The notes beneath the pieces were generated by a model that worked only from the letters and a program-made list of their open reading frames with translations, did not search any database and was not told where the DNA came from. Below are positions 21,475 through 29,934 of a DNA stretch of 64,000 bases, one piece after another. Origin of the DNA: an uncultured Pseudomonadales bacterium (GTDB lineage: Bacteria; Pseudomonadota; Gammaproteobacteria; Pseudomonadales; Azotimanducaceae); contig CAJJAX010000036.1 of the NCBI GenBank assembly GCA_905182155.1, positions 2,782-66,781 on the forward strand, read 5' to 3'. Position numbers and translations under genes: made by a program. Positions within the stretch are counted from its first letter, which is position 1, and the number at the start of each line of letters is the position of its first letter.

Positions 21475-22479
21475 TTAAGCGGTTAATTGCGCCAATAACG
21501 CCCGACTGTGGGCCTCATCTTTGCCGACAAAGTTACCCATGGTTCGATCAACCACGTTGCCAAAACGACCCTTGAACAGATCAACAGCCGCCTCAGGCTC
21601 ACCCACCACCGCAAACTCAGCGAGAATCTCATCGGTAATTAAATTGGCCATGTCATCCCACAGGCCTTGCTTTGACAACTTATTGAGTTCGGGCTGAAGA
21701 TCACCCCAACCATGAACCCCCAAGACCGGCGCGTAAGCGGGTGTTGAGCCATAAAAGGCAATCTGTTTGCGAACGGCTTGCCGATTGGCGTTAAAGGCTT
21801 CCTCGGTATGACCGGTCACCACAAAGCCAGGATAGCTGATCTCGAAATCTGCGCGTGAGCGTCCTGATTTCGCGAGTCCTCGTTCAATGGCTGGCAGGGT
21901 CACCTCCCTCAGATATTTCTCAGTGGTAAAGGCATGAATAATGACCCCATCCGCTACCTCGCCCGCGACTTCTGTCATTAACGGTCCGACCGCGGCAAGA
22001 AAGACCCTCGGCGCACCAAATTCGGTATCCAGCGGCGTGAACATCGGCGTCATCAGCGAATGGGTGTAGAACTCGCCTTCAAACTGCAACGGGGTACCCT
22101 CATGCCAACAAGCCCAGATCGCGCGCATCGCAGAAATAAATTCCCGCATGCGAGCAGCTGGCTTAGACCAGGGCATGCTGAACCGCTTGGTGATGTGCGG
22201 CCTGATTTGAGACCCTAGCCCAAGGATAAACCGCCCCTTGGAAACGCTATTGAGGTCATGCCCGATATTCGCAAGATTCATCGGCGTTCTTGAAAAGGCC
22301 ACTGCGATCGACGTGGTGAGTTCAATTGCTTTGGTTTCTTGCGCTGCCAGCAGCAACGGGAAAAACGGGTCATGGGACGTCTCGGCTGTCACCACGCCGT
22401 TGTAACCTAAATTTTCTAGTTTGGCCGCCTGCTGCCCTGCTTGCGCCAAATCTCCCATCAAACCGCCATCAATTTTCAT
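21475..22479 (-). CDS. Luciferase-like (LLM class) oxidoreductase, probably F420-dependent
   Basis: 334-aa ORF with LENLGYNGVVTAETSHDPFFPL and GRFILGLGSQ. Confidence 0.7.
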   Translation of the reverse strand: MKIDGGLMGDLAQAGQQAAKLENLGYNGVVTAETSHDPFFPLLLAAQETKAIELTTSIAVAFSRTPMNLANIGHDLNSVSKGRFILGLGSQIRPHITKRFSMPWSKPAARMREFISAMRAIWACWHEGTPLQFEGEFYTHSLMTPMFTPLDTEFGAPRVFLAAVGPLMTEVAGEVADGVIIHAFTTEKYLREVTLPAIERGLAKSGRSRADFEISYPGFVVTGHTEEAFNANRQAVRKQIAFYGSTPAYAPVLGVHGWGDLQPELNKLSKQGLWDDMANLITDEILAEFAVVGEPEAAVDLFKGRFGNVVDRTMGNFVGKDEAHSRALLAQLTA

Positions 22480-22488
22480 CGTCTGCTC

Positions 22489-23484
22489 CTAAAAAGTAAA
22501 TTGATTGCCCGTAAAGGCATTGTAAGTCGCTTGGGCATGTTTGCCTGAAACGCACGAAATAATATGGGTGGTGATACCCGCTTCGCCGTAAGCCCTAATC
22601 CGGTCCTGGCACTCTTCTTGGGTACCAATAATGGCAATGTCGTCGACCAATTGATCATCCAGCGCCGAGGTTGTCTTCTCTCTATCTTTCGCCGCCCAGC
22701 CTTCTCGGATAGCAGATGCCACGTCTTCATAACCGGCCCACGCCAAAAACGCGTTATACACGGGGGTTGCATAGTAAGGCGCAAAGGCCGCCCGGACCAT
22801 GTTTCGAGCCGCGTCTTTATCATCGGTTACGATCACCTGGTGCCGACAAACGATTTCAACGTCTTCAAGGGCTTTGCCTGCGCGCTCGGCGCCTGCACGA
22901 ATGTGCGTCATCATTCGCGGCAAGGCCTCTTTGGGAAACAAATTCAGAATCACGCCATCACTAAACTCTGCGGCAGCCTCAAGCATCTTGCTCCTCAGCG
23001 CAGCCATGTAGACCGGTTGCGCCCCGGCTTCAAGTGGTAACTGACGATAGCCACGGCTGAATACCGTCTCGCCAGCATAATCTGACTTCTCACCCCGCAG
23101 CATGCTTTGGATCAACTCGACTGTTTCCTTAACTCGGGTCAACGGCTTTTCAAAGTTTAAGCCATGCCAGTTCTCCATCATGGTCTGGCTTGAAGAGCCT
23201 AGGCCCAAAATGAATCGCCCCTCGGATAACTGATGCAATACATGAGCCGTTGACGCCAAAACAGCCGGTGTTCGCGAAAATACTGGAATGATCGCCGTGC
23301 CGATTCGGCACCGACTGGTATTGAGCGCGACCGCGGCCGCAGTGGTTAAGGCATCAACCCCAGAGCTATCTGCAAACCATAGATCATCATAGCCTTCGGC
23401 TTCGGCCCACTTCGCCATCTCAATGGTGCCGGCAACGCCTCTCGGGTCGGGTAGCGTCAACGCGGTTCTTTGGGGTACTGTCAT
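22489..23484 (-). CDS. Luciferase-like (LLM class) oxidoreductase, probably F420-dependent
   Basis: Has AEAEGYDDLWFADSSGVDALT and GRFILGLGSS. Start moved to ATG 23484 (MTVPQRT...), which follows AAGGAGA with a 6-nt spacer. The track start at 23535 adds 17 residues. Confidence 0.7.
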   Translation of the reverse strand: MTVPQRTALTLPDPRGVAGTIEMAKWAEAEGYDDLWFADSSGVDALTTAAAVALNTSRCRIGTAIIPVFSRTPAVLASTAHVLHQLSEGRFILGLGSSSQTMMENWHGLNFEKPLTRVKETVELIQSMLRGEKSDYAGETVFSRGYRQLPLEAGAQPVYMAALRSKMLEAAAEFSDGVILNLFPKEALPRMMTHIRAGAERAGKALEDVEIVCRHQVIVTDDKDAARNMVRAAFAPYYATPVYNAFLAWAGYEDVASAIREGWAAKDREKTTSALDDQLVDDIAIIGTQEECQDRIRAYGEAGITTHIISCVSGKHAQATYNAFTGNQFTF

Positions 23485-23679
23485 AAGGTTTCTCCTTGCT
23501 GCCACTGGCGTCCAGTGGGTTACATTTTTGCGCATTCAGTCTGTTTTGATAACGACCATATTCTGGCATCTGTCCCGTCGACGCACCGTTGCCTACCATG
23601 CCATGAGTGCGCTATCTGACGCGCTCTTTGTAAGGCCCGTGATACCCCATCATCAGCGACTATCATAGCCCAGAGGGTT

Positions 23680-26174
23680 CTAGATAATTTCGGCACTGGA
23701 TAGAATTTCTTCTGGGATGAGCCCTGGACGCACTAAAGGCTCCTTTTTGGTCTTATCGCGATCGTAACGTTTCGCGGAGGTATACGTCGGCTCGCTTAAC
23801 ACCGCCGCGCCAAACGACTTCTGCCGTTGCACCTCCGGCACTACGCCGTAATTTGTTGCTCGCTGTCTGGGCAATCGTCCCGCAGATCGGATGATACCTT
23901 CCATTTCCTCGGGCGAGGTTTCCTGCCCATGCGCCGCGCCTGCGGCTCGAGTGATGGTCTCATTCATGAGCGTGCCGCCAATATCGTTCACACCCGCATT
24001 CAAACAGGCCTTAACGCCCTCATGGCCGAGCTTGGTCCAAGACGCTTGGATATTCTTAAATACCGGATTCAAGGCCAGTCGGGCAATCGCATGGATCAGG
24101 ATCGCCTCTCGAAAAGTCGGCCCCTTCCGAGCATTGCCTTTCAAGTAAATCGGCGCTTCCATATGAATGAAAGGCAAAGCACGAACTCGGTAAAACCGCC
24201 GGTTTTTTCCTGTAACGCCCGCACCCTTAATAAGTGCCTGGCAACATGCTCATACTGCTCGATATGGCCATACATAATCGTGGCCGTGGTATTAAAGCCC
24301 ACCCCATGGGCGGCCTCCATCACTTCTAGCCACTGTGCGGTATTGATTTTATCCGGGCAGAGCGTTGCCCGAACCTCATCATCAAGAATTTCCGCCGCGG
24401 TGCCCGGCAAGGTGCCCAGCCCGGCTTCTTTTAACGCAGTCAGATATTCTGGCAACCTAACGCCAAGTGTGGCTGCGCCCTGCCACACCTCCAGCGGCGA
24501 GAATGCGTGAATATGCATTTCAGGCGTCGCACTGCGAACAGTGTTGACAATATCCAGATACGTTTGACCGGTGTAGTCGGGATGAATCCCACCCTGCATG
24601 CAGACCTCGGTCGCTCCTCGATCCCAGGCCTCGCTGCAACGCCCGGCAATATCTTCACCGGTAATATCATAGGGCCTGCCGCGTAAATTTTCGCTCTGCT
24701 TGCCCTTAGAGAAGGCGCAGAACTGACATTTGAAATAACACACGTTGGTATAATTAATATTTCGATTAACACAATAGGTCACCTCATCGCCGACCAAATG
24801 CTTTCGGACCGTATCGGCCGCTTGGGAAATATGGGTTATTTCGTCCCCTCGCGCCTGAAACAACCTGACAATTTCACCCTCTGATAAAGCGTTGCCAGCA
24901 ACCGCTTTGTTCAGGATCTTCTCTAAGGTTGCTGACGCCTTAAGCTTCGGAATATGCGTGACTCGGGCCAAGTCGCCAGCCGGCGGGTTCGGCGTTTCAC
25001 CTGCCGCCCAGTCTTCACCACGAACATACCCCTCGCCGTCAATCGCGCCTAAAACCATGGGCCTGAGCTTGACATCAATCCATCGATCCATTTGCTTCAA
25101 ATGCGAAGGATAAACGGCCAGACGCTCAACCAAGATCTTGCCTTCGCGCGCTGTTTCTTCGGCTAAATTTTTAAGGTGCGGCCAAGGCGCTTCAGGGTTT
25201 ACAAAATCGGGGGTAACGGGCGAAACCCCGCCCCAATCGTTGATGCCTGAATCAATGATTCGATGGAACACGCCAGGACTTAAATTCGGCGGGGCCTGCA
25301 GGTTCATCTGACTGCCAAAAATGAGTCGCGCCTGCGCGATGGTCCAAAGCAGCTCATTCAAGTCTGGTTCGGGCGCATTGACCATCAGCGTGTCGGGTTT
25401 TGCCCGGAAGTTCTGAATGATCAATTCTTGAATATGCCCAAAAGGCTCGTTCGCGGTGCGCAGCGCCAGTAATGACTCAATACGCTCGCGACGGGTTTCG
25501 CCAATCCCAATTAAAATACCGGATGTAAACGGGACGCCCGCTTCCCCAGCCAGTCGAATGGTCTCGAGTCGCTTGGCCGGCGCTTTGTCGGGCGACCCAT
25601 AATGCGGCATGCCTTTTTCGGTCAGTCGATCGGATGCCGACTCAAGCATAATCCCCATTGATATCGATACTTTACGCAGCGCTGTAAACTCGGACGCTGT
25701 CATCAGCCCAGGATTCAAATGTGGCATCAAGCCCGTTTCTTTGAGCACCAGTTCTGCCATATCGTGGAGATAACTCAAGGTTGAGTCTTGACCCAAGGCT
25801 TTAAGCCCGTCGCGAGCCGCTTTGTATCGCGCCTCAGGTTTATCACCCAAGGTAAATAGCGCCTCTTTACAACCGGCTTTGGCGCCGTCGGCAGCAATTT
25901 TCAAGACTTCGTCTGGCGTTAAGTAAGGGGCTTTTAACTTCCGAGGGACTTGCGCAAAGGTGCAGTAATGACAAACGTCGCGACACAGATGGGTGAGCGG
26001 GATGAACACTTTTCTTGAGTAAGACATGGCGTTCGGATGGCTGAGATCCCGGACTGAACCCGCATGGCGCAGAAGCTCGTCCGTTTCGGTGTAGTCAGCA
26101 AGCACTAACGCTTCGTGGTCATCGAGGCCTTGGCCTAATGCCGCCTTCTGAAGAATCTCTGTTATGGCACTCAT
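23680..26174 (-). pseudogene. fbiC: FO synthase FbiC (fused CofG+CofH), interrupted by a 1-nt deletion near 24179
   Basis: Two radical-SAM motifs: CRDVCHYCTF (CofG half) and CYFKCQFCAF (CofH half). The upstream frame ends ...[20 protein letters not shown]. The next frame continues [27 protein letters not shown]. The DNA gtg-ct-ttg-cct-ttc looks like V-P-L-P-F with one base missing. Start set at ATG 26174, after AGGAGG. Confidence 0.85.
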
Positions 26175-26863
26175 TACAACCCACCTCCTGTGACCGACGA
26201 TAGTCTGGCGCTCACATCGATTGCCACACAATAACGATAAGTATGGGACTCCGTCCCCTGAAATGCCAGTCGATCCATAAACCGTTTTAAATCGTCCGGC
26301 GTGTCAATATCCAAACCCAAACCAGGCAGCTTTAAGACCGTTGGCTCAAGACCGACCGCTTGCGCCGCTTTGACATGCTTGCGAAAGCTATCGATTCCAA
26401 ACTGAAACGTGACGACCCCCGGCGGAGACGCCAACAGGCAATTCGTGCCACCCAGATCATCTGCGGGCACCAAGGCTAGGCCCGGGCCCTTGGGCGAGAA
26501 GCCATCGAGAATAACTTCGATTTCCTCAGGTGTAACCAAGGGCACGTCCCCCGGTAAAAATAGCATTTGATCTATGCCCGCTTGGGTTAAGGTTTGACAG
26601 GCATGTACCACTGCGGGAATGAGCCCTGGTTCGGCCGGTTCTGGCAGAATCAGAGCGCCGTAGCCCTCGGCCAACTCAATTGCAGCGGGATCATTGGTAA
26701 TCACCATGATCTCATCCACCAACGGGCAAGCTTCAACCGCAATCAAAACATCTTCCACCATCGCTTGGCAGAGCCTGCGCCGCTCCTCACTCGACAACAG
26801 GGCCGACAATCGCTGCTTGGCATTCTCAAACCCCTTAACGGGAATAATCGCGCGGGTCGTCAT
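26174..26863 (-). CDS. cofC: Guanylyltransferase CofC/FbiD (2-phospho-L-lactate or related substrate)
   Basis: 229-aa ORF with AIIPVKGFENAKQRLS and LFLPGDVPLV, typical of CofC. Its stop overlaps the fbiC ATG (TAATG). Its start overlaps the cofD stop (ATGA). Confidence 0.8.
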   Translation of the reverse strand: MTTRAIIPVKGFENAKQRLSALLSSEERRRLCQAMVEDVLIAVEACPLVDEIMVITNDPAAIELAEGYGALILPEPAEPGLIPAVVHACQTLTQAGIDQMLFLPGDVPLVTPEEIEVILDGFSPKGPGLALVPADDLGGTNCLLASPPGVVTFQFGIDSFRKHVKAAQAVGLEPTVLKLPGLGLDIDTPDDLKRFMDRLAFQGTESHTYRYCVAIDVSARLSSVTGGGL

Positions 26864-27861
26864 CAGCCTGCTAACTCATCAGAAAAAAGTAATACCGCTT
26901 CTGCGAGCGCCTGCTTGTCCGCCAGATTCTTCATCACCGTTTGGGTGACTAAGGGCCTCATTCCTAAGGCACTAACCGCGTCAGCGCTCGCTGCATCGGC
27001 TTCATCCAGAACGAACCCGTCCACCAAACCCGGGTAGGTTTGTTCATAAAACCTTGCCACAGCGAGCGCCGTGCTCGGCATCTTTAGCTCAGTCATCATT
27101 TTTGCGGCTGGCCCTTTTAAGGCCATCCCGGCAACGATTGGTGAAACCAGCACAACCGGGCAATCAATCGCTTTTAACGCTTTCCAAGTTTCAGCCAGGT
27201 CAAGGATTGGCGCGACGCTGACAAAGGGATTAGACGGACAAATAATGATCTGGGTCAGGCTGTCAGAATCAATCAATTTTTCGAAATCAGGCGCTCGCCT
27301 AGCCGTCTCGATCCCTTGAAATGAAATTCCTTTGATCAAAGGCTCGCATCGGTCTCTGACAAAATAATGTTGGAAAGCGAGGGTCTCGCCATTCTGGCAA
27401 TGGATCAAGGTCGCGACCTGGTCATCGGTCATGGGTAGCACGTTGGTCGTCACACCCAGGGCGTGCATCAACGCGGTGGTTACCGCGCTCAGCGATAGCC
27501 CCCCTGCGAGCAAGGACGTGCGCTGAATATGGGTTGCCAAATCTCGATCGCCAAGGCTAAACCAGGCATCTCCCCCGATGCGTTTGAGCGCCTCAAGAAA
27601 CTGCCAAGTCTCATCCTGCTGACCCCAGCCGAGCGTTTGATTGGCGAGGCCCGATAGGGTGTACATGAGGGTATCTAAGTCGGGACAGACCCGGAGGCCA
27701 AGGTGCTCGAAATCATCGCCCGTATTGACGACCACCGTTAGCGCGTCAGCCGAGACAACTTGGGCAAGACCCAGCGCCAACTTCGCGCCGCCAACGCCAC
27801 CTGATAACGCCAAAACTTTCGGTGACGTCCGCACCATGATTCGCTCACTCTTATTCAACAC
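26863..27861 (-). CDS. cofD: FO 2-phospho-L-lactate transferase CofD/FbiA
   Basis: Has LALSGGVGGAKLALGL and CPSNPFVSVAPIL. The track start at 27861 is GTG. An ATG at 27837 (MVRTSPKV...) is an equally plausible start. Confidence 0.9.
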   Translation of the reverse strand: MLNKSERIMVRTSPKVLALSGGVGGAKLALGLAQVVSADALTVVVNTGDDFEHLGLRVCPDLDTLMYTLSGLANQTLGWGQQDETWQFLEALKRIGGDAWFSLGDRDLATHIQRTSLLAGGLSLSAVTTALMHALGVTTNVLPMTDDQVATLIHCQNGETLAFQHYFVRDRCEPLIKGISFQGIETARRAPDFEKLIDSDSLTQIIICPSNPFVSVAPILDLAETWKALKAIDCPVVLVSPIVAGMALKGPAAKMMTELKMPSTALAVARFYEQTYPGLVDGFVLDEADAASADAVSALGMRPLVTQTVMKNLADKQALAEAVLLFSDELAG

Positions 27862-27923
27862 TGCAGTGGGACGCTACCACAAAAGCCTTTTTAACTGCTA
27901 TTGAAACCCAGCCCACAGCAAGA

Positions 27924-28703
27924 TTATCGAAACATATCCATTGTTTTAGGTCTAAGCAAAGGCTTCACGCCCCTTAACTCGGGCGCGCTGGGCGCCACAG
28001 GTTGATAACCGCGGACCAACACAACCGGCGCTTTTTCGGTTGTTTGGCCCATCACTAAGGAGGCCCCTGCCGCCAACTCATCCGCCGCCGCGACCTGGGT
28101 TACCAGCAATTCACGGCCAAAGATGTCCGTGCCGCCGACATAGTCGTCTAATGCAGTGAGGCCAGCGACCCCAATTGCCAGTCCCACCGTACCAATGCGC
28201 CAGGCGCGTCCGATCGAGTCATTTATAATGATAGCCACATCAATCCCCAACCGGTCCGCAAAACCCTGCCGCAGCGCTTCTGCCGACGCATCCGGGTCGA
28301 CCGGTAGCAGTAGACACAGGTCATCACCGGCAACGCCCGCTTGTTGAATGTTCGATTGATCAATTCCCGCATTGGCGGCAACGAAACCAAGACGGTGCTC
28401 AACGATCAGAACGCCAGGCCGTTTACGGACCACTTCATTGGACTCATCCAGTATGACCTGAACCTTTCTTGGGTCCTTGTCCACTTCTTGCGCCAGCAGC
28501 ACTGCGGCCGGGCTGGGCGTGACGTCATTGAGGTTCACATACTGATTTTCGGCTTTTGAGACGATCTTCTGAGCCAGTACTAAAACGTCCCCAGCCTGGA
28601 GGGTTTCGCCCATGCTCGCAAGCCCGCCCAGGATGATTTCAACGAGATCATCCCCCGGTTCCACCATCGGAATGTTCTCGATACCGGTCAGAGACAGTTT
28701 CAT
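27924..28703 (-). CDS. cofE: Coenzyme F420-0:L-glutamate ligase CofE (stand-alone, no nitroreductase-like FbiB C-domain)
   Basis: 259-aa ORF with VLAQKIVSKAE and ANAGIDQSN blocks typical of CofE. Its ATG overlaps the npdG stop (ATGA). Confidence 0.85.
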   Translation of the reverse strand: MKLSLTGIENIPMVEPGDDLVEIILGGLASMGETLQAGDVLVLAQKIVSKAENQYVNLNDVTPSPAAVLLAQEVDKDPRKVQVILDESNEVVRKRPGVLIVEHRLGFVAANAGIDQSNIQQAGVAGDDLCLLLPVDPDASAEALRQGFADRLGIDVAIIINDSIGRAWRIGTVGLAIGVAGLTALDDYVGGTDIFGRELLVTQVAAADELAAGASLVMGQTTEKAPVVLVRGYQPVAPSAPELRGVKPLLRPKTMDMFR

Positions 28704-29371
28704 TCTGCAGCGGGCTCACCGGTAATCACAAGCCCAGCACCATTAATTTTATGGTGTCGGTTGATCGTGATTAAAATTGAGGTGAGGGCTTCCGCCGCCG
28801 CCGCATTCTGAATTGGGCCCGCATGCCAGCCCTTCAAACCCAAAGCCTCGACTAAGGTAATGACGGTGTCTCGTGCCGCACGCTTATTACCGGTCACGAG
28901 CACATCACAGGCAATCGAATGATCTTCTTGCAGATGCATCGCGCCAACATTCTGGAACGCCGAGACCACAAAGACCTCTTCGCCAAGGTGGTCTTGGGCT
29001 TGCTGTCCAGCAGAACCGGATGCCGGCATCTGAACCGTCCCAACTTTCGGTGGCACCAGGGGCACGGTCACATCGATGAGCACTTTACCGATCAATGCGT
29101 GCTTAACGGAATCGAGCGTGCTGAGTTGGTGCGCAAAGGGCACCGTCAGCACAACCAGGTCCGCCTGCTCGGCCGCTGATGGATTATCCAACCCAGTCAC
29201 GTTCAGGTCCGAAAACTCGGCCAAGAGCGCCGCAGCGGCCTCCTGTCCTTTCTCAAGGGTTCGACTGCCGATAACGATGGTGTACCCGGCTCTCGACCAT
29301 TGCCTGGCAAGGCCACCGCCTAAATCACCGGTTCCGCCCAAAATTGCAATGGTTTTAATACTGTCACTCAT
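28700..29371 (-). CDS. npdG: NADPH-dependent F420 reductase (Fno/NpdG)
   Basis: 223-aa ORF with the Rossmann start IAILGGTGDLGGGLA. First gene of the F420 operon. Confidence 0.85.
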   Translation of the reverse strand: MSDSIKTIAILGGTGDLGGGLARQWSRAGYTIVIGSRTLEKGQEAAAALLAEFSDLNVTGLDNPSAAEQADLVVLTVPFAHQLSTLDSVKHALIGKVLIDVTVPLVPPKVGTVQMPASGSAGQQAQDHLGEEVFVVSAFQNVGAMHLQEDHSIACDVLVTGNKRAARDTVITLVEALGLKGWHAGPIQNAAAAEALTSILITINRHHKINGAGLVITGEPAAE

Positions 29372-29858
29372 GATCTTTCCTTTTTTCTAAAACAATTCAA
29401 TTGCTTAATCTAATGCCAAACTGACGTGCCCAACCGGGCTTAAAACGGGTCTTTTCATTAACGCTGACCTGAAGAACTGATTTCAATGGATAACGACGCA
29501 ACCCTATGGCTTTGCGACGTCCCTTGTCGGCTTACACTCAAATTCATGAGTGAGCAATAAGTTCCCCTGTGTGAACAATGACCTCTGCCCTTCACACGGC
29601 CCTATTATGAAGCAGTTTGCTCAGTACTTCACCCGGTAGACGCCTCGCTCACTGCAGAAGTGTGATTACGCTCGCAAACAACACTAGTCAACATCAAACG
29701 GCCTAAAACTGCGTGCACTGCCTTCAACCCAAAGGGAGGATTAATTGGAAGCCATTTCATGATTCGTGGCTAAAGAAGCGGCGCCGATTAAGCCAAAGCC
29801 TCGAAAAAAATCCAGTCTCCAATCTCAATACGTATCCTCATCAACTTAGCTCATTAAA

Positions 29859-29900
29859 CTCAGACAAAAAGCTCAGACAAAAAGCTCAGGCAAAAAAAAG
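29859..29900. repeat. Three tandem copies of a 13-bp unit (ctcagacaaaaag x2, then ctcaggcaaaaaaaag)
   Basis: Read directly at 29859-29871, 29872-29884 and 29885-29900. The third copy merges into the A-tract of the adjacent terminator. Confidence 0.65.
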
Positions 29901-29917
29901 GTGGCCGAAGCCACCTT
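29892..29917 (-). terminator. Rho-independent terminator of the TonB-dependent receptor gene
   Basis: On the minus strand aaggtggc-ttcg-gccacctt is followed by TTTTTTTT (A8 at 29892-29899 on the plus strand). It lies 18 nt after the receptor stop. Confidence 0.85.
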
Positions 29918-29934
29918 CTAAAACACTGATTATT

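Noticed and set aside
22476-22823. 115-aa minus-strand ORF overlapping the 3' end of the LLM gene at 22489-23484
   Set aside because: It is an alternative frame of a confidently assigned gene. It would overlap two LLM genes and has no RBS.
23827-24510. 227-aa plus-strand ORF opposite the 3' part of fbiC
   Set aside because: It is a shadow ORF of the CofH domain. Its length comes from codon bias on the opposite strand. It has no recognisable family features.
29859-29900. CRISPR-like array, considered for the tandem repeats here and at 33174-33201 and 4265-4298
   Set aside because: The units are only 12-14 bp and directly abutting with no spacers, and no cas genes are present.
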